Source: Negativicutes bacterium (GTDB lineage: Bacteria; Bacillota; Negativicutes; UBA1444). Taken from it: DNA of 64,000 nucleotides. Each line of letters begins with the position of its first letter. The stretch's first letter is position 1. Of the stretch, positions 1 through 9,646 are shown piece by piece. The DNA lies in contig CAXXIN010000018.1 of assembly GCA_963665275.2 (NCBI GenBank), positions 160,001-224,000 on the forward strand. The letters are read 5' to 3'. The translations under genes were made by a program, and so were the position numbers. A model generated the notes under the pieces. It was not told the DNA's origin and did not search any database. It saw only the letters and a program-made list of their open reading frames with translations.

Positions 1-2
1 AT

Positions 3-923
3 ACCGATAATTCGTCGTTGTCAGAAGGTCAACCTTCGGCCTTGAATTCTGGCAATGCACTCGGTTATTTCCTCTGGCAGGAAGGTAATCGCTGGTACAT
101 GCAAACTACAACCAGGGGCGCAGAACGGCAGTTCACCGGGACAATTCGGACGAACGGAGCACTTGCCGATTTGAAACGAAATAATCTGGAAGGCACGGAT
201 CGTGCCTCAATCAATAATGCGGGCAACGAGATCAACTTCGATATGAAGACGAGTGGCAACAAGGATGCGTTATCGTTTCGACTTGATAACAGTTCGGCGC
301 TAACCTTTGTGCTTTACATTGACGGACAACCCGTCAACCCATCGAATGTTTATATTGGTATCGGCAATCGACATCCTGACACGAATTCATTCACTGTCAG
401 CCGCAATGAGATCACCAATAATTCCACGAATTACAACGATAACAGCAACTATAATCAAAACGATTCGTCGCGCTTCCAGGGTCAGCCTTCGGCCTTGAAT
501 CCTGGTAATGCTTTCGGGTATTTCCTCTGGCAGGATCAAAACCGTTGGTACTTGCAAACGACTACCACTGGCGCGGAACGGCAATTCAGGGGTGTCATCG
601 AAACGGATGGGACGTTCTCTGAAGTCGAAAAAATGCGTTCAATGCGCTCAGAGGGAGCCGTGGTCGACGTCTCTGGCAACAAGATCGAGTTTGCGTTCAA
701 AACCGGCGGGTCAGCAAGCGGGATAACACTTTCTTTTCCTGACGGCCTCAAAATGAACCAAGCCGACAAACTCAGCGGCCTATCCTTTAGAACCGCGGAT
801 GGAGCGAGACTGAACTTTACACTGTATGTGGACGGGGGAGCCATCGACCCTTCGAATATCTATATAGGGAGTGCCAACATGCATCCGTCAAGTAATGTGA
901 TACAGACCAATTTCAGATATTAA
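3..923 (+). CDS. Hypothetical protein with two tandem ~130-aa beta-rich domains (5' partial)
   Basis: Frame is open from position 3. GQPSALNxGNAxGYFLWQxxNRWYxQTTTxGAERQFxG...LYxDG...PSNxYIG occurs twice, separated by an Asn-rich linker. Confidence 0.8.
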   Translation, partial: TDNSSLSEGQPSALNSGNALGYFLWQEGNRWYMQTTTRGAERQFTGTIRTNGALADLKRNNLEGTDRASINNAGNEINFDMKTSGNKDALSFRLDNSSALTFVLYIDGQPVNPSNVYIGIGNRHPDTNSFTVSRNEITNNSTNYNDNSNYNQNDSSRFQGQPSALNPGNAFGYFLWQDQNRWYLQTTTTGAERQFRGVIETDGTFSEVEKMRSMRSEGAVVDVSGNKIEFAFKTGGSASGITLSFPDGLKMNQADKLSGLSFRTADGARLNFTLYVDGGAIDPSNIYIGSANMHPSSNVIQTNFRY

Positions 924-937
924 TCACGGTTCCACCG

Positions 938-978
938 AGTAGAGAGTCCACGCTGATTTTGGGCGGGGGCTCTCTACT
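938..978 (+). terminator. Stem-loop, probable terminator
   Basis: AGTAGAGAG...CTCTCTACT inverted repeat just after the stop at 923; weak U-tract. Confidence 0.5.
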
Positions 979-1035
979 ATTGAAATGAACAGCCTGTAAA
1001 TAACGCAGAAGTTGTTAGCAGGGAAAGGTTACGCT

Positions 1036-2325
1036 ATGGAAAAGACACAGCAAAAAAAGAAAGTAGGCTTTTTGAGCACATATTCACCTCGTGAATGCGG
1101 GTTAGCTACATTCACGGAGGATCTTGTGAACGAAGTCACCCGGATCGCCTTAGTTGAACCTCTTGTTATTGCAGTTTCCGCGGGGGCGGAGACTTATGAC
1201 GATGTGCGGGTGGTCCACAAATTGAATCAATATGAACATGAAAGTTATCTAGAGAGTGCTCGGTGGATCAATCGGCACGTAGACATGCTGGTCATTGAGC
1301 ACGAATATGGTATATTCGGCGGAGATTGCGGCGAGTATATCCTTGATATGGTCAAAAATCTAACAATTCCATTCGTTATAACCACACACACTGTTTTGGA
1401 AGCCCCATCGACCAAGCAACTGGAGATTCTGCGAGAACTTGGCAAACTCTGCACTGGTCTGGTTACGATGGCTGAAAGTTCGATTCCAATATTAGCAGGG
1501 ACTTATGGTGTTGCAGCCAATAAAATAGCCGTGATTCCTCATGGCGTTCCCAGCATGCTGGTTGGCGCGCGGGAAAAACTAAAGGTGGCTCAGGGGTTCA
1601 AAGATAAGGAAATCATCAGCAGTTTTGGGCTTATCAGCCCGGCCAAAGGAATAGAGTATGGAATCCAGGCAATCGCGAAAGTGGCGGCGGAGTTTAGCGA
1701 CGTATTGTACCTTGTTCTTGGTAAAACACATCCCGTTGTCAAAGAAAAATCGGGTGAAAGTTATCGGCAAAGCCTCGTGGATTTGGCTGAAGGACTCGGG
1801 GTGCGGGAGAATGTGAAGTTTATCGACAAGTACCTGACCAAAGAAGAAGTAATCAAGTATTTGCATATGTCCGACATCTATTTGACGCCATATCTGTCCA
1901 AAGAGCAGGCTGTCAGCGGGACGTTGGCATACGCGGTAGGCTGCGGACGGGTCGTGGTGTCAACGCCATACCGGTATGCTAGGGAAATGCTGGGGGAAGG
2001 ACGGGGCATGCTCGCCGAGTTCAGGGATTCCGATTCACTGGCGTCATGTATGAGTCATATTCTGCGAAATCCGCTGCAGAAAAAAGAGATGGAATTAAAA
2101 ACCTTAGCTATTGGACGGCTGATGACATGGGATAAAGTTGCCAATCAGTATTCCAAGATGTTTCTTGGCGTCATAAATGAATTCCAGATAGAAAAAGCAG
2201 GACACAATAGGGTAAATACATGGACCGGTGCAGGTATAGAAAAACGATGTCAGTCGTTATCTCCAATTTTATATAGGCAACTGGAAAGAATCGCGATTGG
2301 AAGTAGTAGTGGGATCAATGAATAA
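1036..2325 (+). CDS. GT4-family glycosyltransferase
   Basis: STYSPRECGLATF, EHEYGIFGG, FGLISPAKGIE, EQAVSGTLAYA motifs; ATG at 1036 after GGGAAAGG. Confidence 0.9.
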   Translation: MEKTQQKKKVGFLSTYSPRECGLATFTEDLVNEVTRIALVEPLVIAVSAGAETYDDVRVVHKLNQYEHESYLESARWINRHVDMLVIEHEYGIFGGDCGEYILDMVKNLTIPFVITTHTVLEAPSTKQLEILRELGKLCTGLVTMAESSIPILAGTYGVAANKIAVIPHGVPSMLVGAREKLKVAQGFKDKEIISSFGLISPAKGIEYGIQAIAKVAAEFSDVLYLVLGKTHPVVKEKSGESYRQSLVDLAEGLGVRENVKFIDKYLTKEEVIKYLHMSDIYLTPYLSKEQAVSGTLAYAVGCGRVVVSTPYRYAREMLGEGRGMLAEFRDSDSLASCMSHILRNPLQKKEMELKTLAIGRLMTWDKVANQYSKMFLGVINEFQIEKAGHNRVNTWTGAGIEKRCQSLSPILYRQLERIAIGSSSGINE

Positions 2326-3760
2326 ATTTATAGACACTTTTGATGATGCACATATTTTTCGCATGACCGACGACACGGGCATGTTCCAACACTCATTGTT
2401 TAGCGTTCCTAATCGCTTGGAGGGGTATACGACGGATGATAATGCCAGGGCGCTGATAATGGCTGTGATGCTGTATGAACAAGAGCAGAAGCCTGCTTAC
2501 CTCGCGTTAGTAACCCGTTACCTTGGGTTCGTCCTGCATGCGCAGAATGAAGTCGGACGCTTCCGGAATTTTATGACCTACGGCCGAGACTTCAAAGAAA
2601 TAGAAGGGTCGGAGGATTGTTTCGGTCGATGTTTATGGGCCCTGGGGTATACATACGCGTCGCTTTCCATGCCCTCCGGTATCAAAGACGCCAGTTTCGG
2701 TGCTGTTAATCGTGCTTTGCCCAATGTTCAGTCGCTTGCCTGGGTTCGTGGTCAGGCGTATGCTCTGATCGGTCTTGGCTTTATCAGCAGCCCGGTCATT
2801 GATACTCTGATCTGTGAATTGGCAGACTCGTTGGTCGGTCGATTTGAACATGAGTCTGAAGATAAGGAGTGGCAATGGTTTGAAGACAATATTACCTATG
2901 ATAATGCAGTGTTACCTTGGGCATTGTTTTCAGCCTACAAAAGAAGTGGGCAAGAGCAGTACCTGCGCGTGGCTCGCGAAGGTCTGGCGTTCATTGACAG
3001 CGTTACGTTCCGTGACGAATATTTTCATCCGATAGGTTGCAACGGCTGGTGGATGCACGATGCGGAAATTTCCCAGTATGACGAACAGCCTCTTGAAGCC
3101 TGTACTACAGCTTTGGCTCATATCGCTGCGTATGAAGCTACTGGAGACGATAGTATGTTGGCGTTGGCCCGTCAGTGTTTCGCCTGGTATGCGGGGGAAA
3201 ATTCACGCCATGAAGGATTGATCGATCCCGTGACAGGCGGATGCAGAGATGGCATTATGGTCAATGGATTGAACCAAAATCAGGGAGCCGAAAGCATAGT
3301 CGGATACGTGATCGCCGGCTTGGCCCTGACGAAGCCAACGTCAACGGTCGTTGAAGGGTTGAAAAATAGTGGCATTGTGACCGATATCCTGGAAAATGGA
3401 CAACAAAAAACGGACGAAAACACGCCGGTTTATCGTCCGTGGGGATCATATACCGTGATGGGATCAGAACCAGGGTTCAAAATGAAAAAGATAGTCGTCA
3501 ATCCTGGCGAAGTGCTTAGTTTGCAGCTGCATTATCATCGCAGCGAACATTGGCTGGTTATCGGGGGCGCCGCGAAAGTAACGATTGGTGAAATAGAATC
3601 TATGGTGAACGAAAATGAACATGTCTTCATACCACAGGCAGTCAAGCACCGGATCGAAAATCCAGGACAACTGCCGCTTAAAATCATCGAGGTGCAAAAT
3701 GGCCGTTATTTGGGTGAAGACGACATCGTAAGGTTTGCGGATAAATACGGCCGTGCCTGA
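2318..3760 (+). CDS. Glycosyltransferase-associated six-hairpin-like domain fused to a C-terminal type II mannose-6-phosphate isomerase cupin
   Basis: N-terminal MTDDTGMFQH, GYTTDDNARAL, YDEQPLEA, NQNQGAES. C-terminal RPWGSY...LSLQLHYHRSEHW...HRIENPG...IEVQNGRYLGEDDIVRFADKYGR. Start overlaps the end of the GT4 gene. Confidence 0.85.
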   Translation: MNKFIDTFDDAHIFRMTDDTGMFQHSLFSVPNRLEGYTTDDNARALIMAVMLYEQEQKPAYLALVTRYLGFVLHAQNEVGRFRNFMTYGRDFKEIEGSEDCFGRCLWALGYTYASLSMPSGIKDASFGAVNRALPNVQSLAWVRGQAYALIGLGFISSPVIDTLICELADSLVGRFEHESEDKEWQWFEDNITYDNAVLPWALFSAYKRSGQEQYLRVAREGLAFIDSVTFRDEYFHPIGCNGWWMHDAEISQYDEQPLEACTTALAHIAAYEATGDDSMLALARQCFAWYAGENSRHEGLIDPVTGGCRDGIMVNGLNQNQGAESIVGYVIAGLALTKPTSTVVEGLKNSGIVTDILENGQQKTDENTPVYRPWGSYTVMGSEPGFKMKKIVVNPGEVLSLQLHYHRSEHWLVIGGAAKVTIGEIESMVNENEHVFIPQAVKHRIENPGQLPLKIIEVQNGRYLGEDDIVRFADKYGRA

Positions 3761-3815
3761 GATTCCACAAATAGCGCATTGTAGCGATGTTAGCGCGAAG
3801 AAAGAAGTGTAAATT

Positions 3816-4007
3816 ATGTTGAGTGAAGAAAAGGGATTGAGTGTCTTTCGTTTACAGCCAGAAGAGGTTGAAAGGCTGTTAACGATTCAGTTTGGAAACA
3901 AACTGGTTGCTGTAAATGTGGATAGAATGGAAAAACAAAATCAAAAACGCATAAAATCTGCCGTGTATTTTCAAAAGCGATCCGATAAAATAAATTCTGA
4001 TGCGTGA
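3816..4007 (+). CDS. Small hypothetical protein (63 aa)
   Basis: ATG ORF filling the gap between convergent genes, with a purine-rich upstream region. Confidence 0.55.
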   Translation: MLSEEKGLSVFRLQPEEVERLLTIQFGNKLVAVNVDRMEKQNQKRIKSAVYFQKRSDKINSDA

Positions 4008-4012
4008 TCTGA

Positions 4013-6349
4013 TTACTTTTCCGTGACGCCGATATGCTTGAAGCGGTCACGGACTTCCGCCCGTTTGGCATTGTTGAAACGGTCGAGTGTGCCGACCAAG
4101 TAACCGGTAATCCGGCGGATTCGCTCGAAAGCAGGCCCTTCGGTTTCGGTGCGGCCGCATTTAGGGCAACTGTCGTTGATGATGCCATGGTAGCCGCAGA
4201 CCGGATCGCGGTCTACCGGATGATTGATCGAACCATAACCCACACCGCATTCTTTCATACAACGGATGATCGCTTCCAGCGAAGACGGGTTTTTCGCCGG
4301 GTCGCCGTCGAGTTCGACATAAGTGATGTGGCCGGCATTGGTCAGCGCATGATAGGGAGCTTCCAAGCGAATTTTCTCATAGGCGCTGATTGGGAAATAG
4401 ACCGGGATGTGAAATGAATTGGTATAATACTCGCGATCAGTGATCTGCGGGATGGAACCGAAACGTTTCCTATCGATTTCAACAAAGCGTCCAGCCAAGC
4501 CTTCTGCCGGTGTTGCAAGCAGGGAGAAATTGAGTTTGTATTTTTGCGCCGCTTCGTCCAGCTTTCTTCGCATAAGCCCAATAATTTCAAGTCCAAGGGC
4601 CTGTGCGGCTGCCGACTCGCCTTGGTGTACACCAAGCAAAGCTTTCAGGCATTCAGCCAGACCGATGAACCCGACGGACAGCGTTCCATGCTTCAGTACT
4701 TCGCGAATTTCATCATCCGGTCCCAGCTTTTCAGAGTCCAGCCAAATCCCGTCACCCATCAGGAACGGAAAGTTGCGGACTTTTTTGCGGCACTGAATTT
4801 CGAATCGGTCCAATAGCTGATCAATAGAAAGTGCAATCAAGGCATCCAACTGCTCGTAGAACTTCGGAATACTGTGATCGCTGAGCAAGCCGAGTCGGGG
4901 GAGGTTGATGGAGGTGAAGCTCAGATTGCCACGGCTATAAACAATTTCTCGCGACGGGTCGTTGACATTGCCAATAACCCGAGTTCGACAACCCATATAG
5001 GCGATCTCGGTTTCCGGCTGCCCCGGTTTATAGTATTGAAGGTTGAAAGGAGCATCGATGAAAGAAAAGTTGGGAAAGAGGCGTTTGGCGCTAACACGGC
5101 ATGCAAGCTGAAACAGGTCATAGTTCGGGTCGCCGGGGTTGAAATTAACACCGTCCTTGAGTTTGAAAATCTGAATGGGAAAAATTGGTGTTTCACCATA
5201 GCCCAAGCCAGCCTCTGTTGCCAGCATGATGTTTTTCATGACCATGCGCCCCTCGGTGGAAATGTCCGTTCCATAGTTAATCGAACTGAAAGGAACCTGC
5301 GCGCCCGCTCGACTATGCATGGTGTTCAGATTGTGGATTAGAGCTTCCATAGCCTGGAAGGTGAGGCGGTCGACTTCTTTCAGGGCCTGTTCTCGGGCGA
5401 AGGCTTGCGCTTTTTTGAGTAGCTTCGGTTCAAAATCAGCAGATAGCAGTCGAGTTTCTTCCTCCACGTATCCGTTGGCGTTGGCGATTTCTGGACGAAG
5501 CTGAAGTCGCGCAGCAATATCCTTTACTACAACATGCACTTTGAGGGCGATGCCCTCCGTGACCTCGGCGGAGAATTCGAGCGCTTTGCTCAAATTCTCA
5601 CGGTATTTCTTCGCATAAGTTTTGCGGACGCCATCAGCCAGTGCGTAATCAAAACAGGGAATGCTCTGACCGCCATGTTGATCGTTTTGGTTGGATTGGA
5701 TGGCAATGCAGGCTAGCGCCGAATAACTGGCGATATCATTGGGTTCGCGCAAAAAACCGTGTCCGGTCGAGAATCCATCCTTAAATAATTTCTGTAGGTC
5801 AATCTGGCAACAAGTGGTCGTCAGCGTGTAAAAATCAAAATCATGAATGTGGATATCGCCCGAGTTGTGCGCCTTGGCATGCTCAGGTTTAAGAATGTAC
5901 ATCTCGTTGTAAATTTTGGCGCCTTCCGAGCCGTATTTCAGCATGGAGCCCATGGCGGTATCTCCGTCAATGTTGGCATTGTCCCGTTTCAGGTTGCTTT
6001 GCCGGGAATCGCTGGTAGCAATTTCATCATAGGTTTTCATGAGCCGAGTATTCATTTCCCGCGCGCGGGTTCGTTCAGCCCGATAGAGAATATAAGCTTT
6101 GGCCGCATCTGTCAGGTTGGCGCTCATAAGCGCCTTTTCTACGAGATCCTGAATTTGCTCGACGGTGGGAGGCGCGCTTTGCGTCGCGATGATGCGATCA
6201 GTCTGCTCGACGACATTGGCAGCAAGTGACAAGGCGGATTGTTCATCGGCGTTTCCAACAGCTTGCAACGCTTTATAAATCGCGTTGGTTATTTTTTCAA
6301 GATTGAAGGGGACTTCGCGGCCGTCTCTTTTTACGATGGTCGTAATCAT
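4013..6349 (-). CDS. nrdD: Anaerobic (class III) ribonucleoside-triphosphate reductase with ATP cone
   Basis: N-terminal IVKRDGREVPF ATP cone, TTTCCQ, YMGCRT, zinc-site Cys residues (DPVC...CPKC), glycyl-radical motif RITGYL. Confidence 0.97.
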   Translation of the reverse strand: MITTIVKRDGREVPFNLEKITNAIYKALQAVGNADEQSALSLAANVVEQTDRIIATQSAPPTVEQIQDLVEKALMSANLTDAAKAYILYRAERTRAREMNTRLMKTYDEIATSDSRQSNLKRDNANIDGDTAMGSMLKYGSEGAKIYNEMYILKPEHAKAHNSGDIHIHDFDFYTLTTTCCQIDLQKLFKDGFSTGHGFLREPNDIASYSALACIAIQSNQNDQHGGQSIPCFDYALADGVRKTYAKKYRENLSKALEFSAEVTEGIALKVHVVVKDIAARLQLRPEIANANGYVEEETRLLSADFEPKLLKKAQAFAREQALKEVDRLTFQAMEALIHNLNTMHSRAGAQVPFSSINYGTDISTEGRMVMKNIMLATEAGLGYGETPIFPIQIFKLKDGVNFNPGDPNYDLFQLACRVSAKRLFPNFSFIDAPFNLQYYKPGQPETEIAYMGCRTRVIGNVNDPSREIVYSRGNLSFTSINLPRLGLLSDHSIPKFYEQLDALIALSIDQLLDRFEIQCRKKVRNFPFLMGDGIWLDSEKLGPDDEIREVLKHGTLSVGFIGLAECLKALLGVHQGESAAAQALGLEIIGLMRRKLDEAAQKYKLNFSLLATPAEGLAGRFVEIDRKRFGSIPQITDREYYTNSFHIPVYFPISAYEKIRLEAPYHALTNAGHITYVELDGDPAKNPSSLEAIIRCMKECGVGYGSINHPVDRDPVCGYHGIINDSCPKCGRTETEGPAFERIRRITGYLVGTLDRFNNAKRAEVRDRFKHIGVTEK

Positions 6350-6398
6350 GCTTTATCGGCTCCCTTATCAATAACTACTTTCCGTGTGCATAATGATA

Positions 6399-6445
6399 CC
6401 ACTATATATAGCGATTGTAAATGATTATTGATCAATATGTGGTGA
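6399..6445. promoter_or_regulatory. Tandem NrdR boxes upstream of nrdD
   Basis: CCACTATATATAGCGA (6399-6414) and GATCAATATGTGGTGA (6430-6445) match acaCwAtATaTwGtgt; starts are 31 bp apart, the usual spacing. Confidence 0.85.
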
Positions 6446-6455
6446 ATTGTGTTAT

Positions 6456-6488
6456 AAAAAAAGACCAGTAGTCCGAGACTGACTGGCC
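6456..6488 (-). terminator. Intrinsic terminator of the polyamine operon
   Basis: On the minus strand, the CCAGTCAGTC-TCG-GACTACTGG hairpin is followed by a T7 tract. Confidence 0.6.
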
Positions 6489-6537
6489 GTGATATAAAAC
6501 TGGATTGCGACTCGAGTTATTCTGAGTTCGATTTCGC

Positions 6538-7797
6538 TCAGACGGACTCCAACGATTCGATGACGGGAGGGAGGAAGGGAGCCGGAGCTTCCAGAATTTC
6601 GGTGGGGAGTCCCATTTTGTTGAGCAATTCAATGAAGGGTGTTGGATCCAATTCTTCCACATTTACCATTCGCTTGACATTCCAATCACCACGGGCGACC
6701 AAGATCGCAGCCGCTGTCGCCGGAACGCCAGCGGTATAACTGATGGCCTGAGATTCGACTTCCTTGTAGCATTCCGCATGGTCGCAAATATTAAAGATGA
6801 AAATATCGCGGGGTTTTCCATCTTTGGTTCCCTGAATGTAATTGCCGATGCAGGTTTTTCCGGTGTAACCTTTAGCCAGGGAGGACGGATCAGGCAAAAG
6901 AGCTTTCAAGACTTTAAGGGGAACGACCTCCACACCGGTGTCAAGTTTGACCGGGACTTCCGAAGTCAGGCCGATGTTTGACAGCACTTTGAATACATTT
7001 AGGTAATGATCTCCGAAACCCATCCAGAAACGGACGGAGTTGGCGTCCATGTTTTTTGAGAGGGAATGCAGTTCATCATGTCCGGTCAGGTACACAGGCT
7101 GGCTGCCGACAATCGGAAAATCATAATCCATTCGGATCGAATGGACTTTTTGCAGCACCCATTTACGGTCAATCCAGGTCCAGACTTTTTTGAACTCGCG
7201 GAAATTGATCTCCGTATCGAAGTTGGTGGCGAAATACTTACCATGGCTGCCTGCGTTGACATCCAATATGTCAATAGTGTCGATGGTATCGAAATAGTCT
7301 TTTTTAGCGAGAGCGCACCAGGCATTTACGACACCGGGGTCAAATCCGATTCCCAAAATGGCGGTTTGTGCATTTGCCTTGAACCGGTCTTTGCGTTTCC
7401 ACTCATAGTTGGCGTACCAGGGCGGATTTTCGCAGACCTTGTCCGGCTCCTCGTGAATGGCGGTATCCATATACACGGCGCCAGTTTCAAGGCAGGCTTC
7501 CATAACGGCCATATTAATGAAGGCCTGGCCCACATTAATTACGATTCTCGACTTGGTGTCCCGGATCAGGTCAATCAAAGCAGGGACATCCAATGCATTT
7601 ACTTGCCGCGAATAGAGTTTGCGCGCGGGATCTTTCATATGCTTCTTGCGCAGAACACTTTCAATGATGGCTTCACACTTTTTTCGTGTGCGCGAAGCGA
7701 TACAGATATCCCCTAAAATATCGTTGTACATTGCACATTTGTGGGCTACCACATGCGCCACCCCACCCGCACCGACAATCAATACATTTTTACGCAT
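6538..7797 (-). CDS. Carboxynorspermidine/carboxyspermidine dehydrogenase (saccharopine dehydrogenase family)
   Basis: Rossmann GAGGVA, GFDPGV, FATNFDTEIN, SQAISYTAGVP; adjacent to nspC. Confidence 0.92.
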   Translation of the reverse strand: MRKNVLIVGAGGVAHVVAHKCAMYNDILGDICIASRTRKKCEAIIESVLRKKHMKDPARKLYSRQVNALDVPALIDLIRDTKSRIVINVGQAFINMAVMEACLETGAVYMDTAIHEEPDKVCENPPWYANYEWKRKDRFKANAQTAILGIGFDPGVVNAWCALAKKDYFDTIDTIDILDVNAGSHGKYFATNFDTEINFREFKKVWTWIDRKWVLQKVHSIRMDYDFPIVGSQPVYLTGHDELHSLSKNMDANSVRFWMGFGDHYLNVFKVLSNIGLTSEVPVKLDTGVEVVPLKVLKALLPDPSSLAKGYTGKTCIGNYIQGTKDGKPRDIFIFNICDHAECYKEVESQAISYTAGVPATAAAILVARGDWNVKRMVNVEELDPTPFIELLNKMGLPTEILEAPAPFLPPVIESLESV

Positions 7798-7826
7798 TAT
7801 ATTCCTCCTCGCATTTTATGAACTGA

Positions 7827-8930
7827 TCAGGACAAATTGTTCTTGAAGTCATCGTACGTGAATTCGCGTAGAATTTCGAGACGGTCATCCAATCTGCGAA
7901 CAACGATAGCTGGCATCTGCAGGCCATTGAACCAGTTTTTCTTTACCATCGTGTAGCCGGCCGCATCGGCGAATCGTATTTCGTCGCCGATTTTGAGCTG
8001 TTCCTTGAAATTGAAAGTGCCAAAAACATCGCCGGCCAGACAGGAACGTCCGGCAACCATATATTTGTGTTGGGCGTCGGGAACGGACTCTATTTTTGCC
8101 GACAGACGATAAATCAGCAGATCAAGCATGTGTGGCTCCACCGATGCGTCAACAATCGCAACGTCCATTTCATTGTGCACAACATCTACCACACTCGTTA
8201 TGAGCTCTGCGCAACCAGTGATGGCGCTTTCGCCTGGTTCGAGATAAACTTGCACATCGAACTCCGCCGCGAATTCAGCTAATTTTCGACTGAATTTTTC
8301 GACGGGATAGTTTGGCTTGGTAAAGTACAGACCGCCGCCCAGGCTGACCCATTCAAGCTGGCGCAGCGCATCGCCATAGCGGTCGCCAATATCGTCAAGC
8401 TGTTGCGCGAAAGCTGAAAACTCGTCATTTTCGCAATTGAAATGAAACATGAGTCCGCTGATGCGAGGAAGCTGGCGGGTGAGTTCTTCCGGATCCGATA
8501 CGCCCAGCCTTGAATGTTTGCGCGCCGGATCTGCCAGGTCAAAATGTGAATAACTGATGCCTGGATTGACCCGTAGGCCCAAGGCGATTGATTTTGTCTG
8601 GTCGTAATATTCATCAAGCTGGGACGCGGAATTGAAGATGATTTTGTCAGCAAATTGGGCAATGGATTCAATATCTGAGGGGGAATAGCCGACACAATAG
8701 GCGTGAGTTTCCTTGCCGAATTTTTCGAATCCCAGCCGCGCTTCGTAGAGGGAGCTGGAAGTCGTTCCATCCATGTATTTCCGCATGAGATCAAAGACGC
8801 CCCACGTAGAAAAACATTTCAACGCAAGCAGTGACCGCGCGCCTGAAAGCTGGCGAACTCTTTGTATAATTTCCATATTGCGTTGTAGTTTTTTTTCATC
8901 TATAAGATAGTAAGGGGTGGCAATGTGCAT
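7827..8930 (-). CDS. nspC: Carboxynorspermidine decarboxylase
   Basis: TPYYLIDE, LALKCF PLP lysine, SSLYEARLG, SLGGG, EPGE, SCLAGDVF, YTMVKKNWFNG. Confidence 0.93.
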   Translation of the reverse strand: MHIATPYYLIDEKKLQRNMEIIQRVRQLSGARSLLALKCFSTWGVFDLMRKYMDGTTSSSLYEARLGFEKFGKETHAYCVGYSPSDIESIAQFADKIIFNSASQLDEYYDQTKSIALGLRVNPGISYSHFDLADPARKHSRLGVSDPEELTRQLPRISGLMFHFNCENDEFSAFAQQLDDIGDRYGDALRQLEWVSLGGGLYFTKPNYPVEKFSRKLAEFAAEFDVQVYLEPGESAITGCAELITSVVDVVHNEMDVAIVDASVEPHMLDLLIYRLSAKIESVPDAQHKYMVAGRSCLAGDVFGTFNFKEQLKIGDEIRFADAAGYTMVKKNWFNGLQMPAIVVRRLDDRLEILREFTYDDFKNNLS

Positions 8931-9271
8931 TCTTTAGTACTCCTGTTATTTCCTGGCGAATTTGAAAAAAATCATCAAAACTTATCATATCAATAATTGA
9001 TGGATTTGTCGAATAGGTATTCCCCTATTCACGAAATCATAGCACAGGAGTTGCTGTTAAATGGCGGAAACAAAAAAAACAGCAGAATACTTGCAAATCT
9101 CACTCCGTTACTTATATACTTATCTGGAGTATATTAGGAAAGTCGGTAGAGCGCTGAAAAGTAGAGAATCCTCAAAACCATGTGTTTGGATTATTGCTCC
9201 GCAAAACTGTAGTGTGATGGTGAAAAGCGGGGTGCGTATAAATGTGGATGCCAAATCCGAGGATGGTTGTT

Positions 9272-9646
9272 TTGAAAGTATTAATTGTTGAAGATTCGGC
9301 CTTTGCCCGCGTGGTTGCACTTAAGGTTATTGGTACGTTGCTGCCGAGCGCTGAACTTTTTGAAGCTGTTGACGGAGAAGCCGGTTTAGCCAGCTTCCAT
9401 TCTGTCTGTCCGGATTTGATTATTACAGACTTGCTGATGCCAAAAATGACGGGCGATGAAATGATTCGGGAGATTCGCCTCACGGATACACGGATACCAA
9501 TCATCGTTATGACTGCAAATGTTCAAAAACCAGTTCGCGAAAAGCTCGAAGCCATGGACGTCGCTGGTGTTGTGGCGAAACCTCTGATCGGCGACGGCGT
9601 GAAAAAATTGCAGGAACTGGTAGCGGAGTGCATGCATGTTGAATGA
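9272..9646 (+). CDS. Single-domain response regulator (CheY-like)
   Basis: VLIVEDS, ITDLLMPKMTG, MTAN, AKP. TTG start after GAGGA; ATG at 9263 is an alternative. Confidence 0.9.
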   Translation: MKVLIVEDSAFARVVALKVIGTLLPSAELFEAVDGEAGLASFHSVCPDLIITDLLMPKMTGDEMIREIRLTDTRIPIIVMTANVQKPVREKLEAMDVAGVVAKPLIGDGVKKLQELVAECMHVE

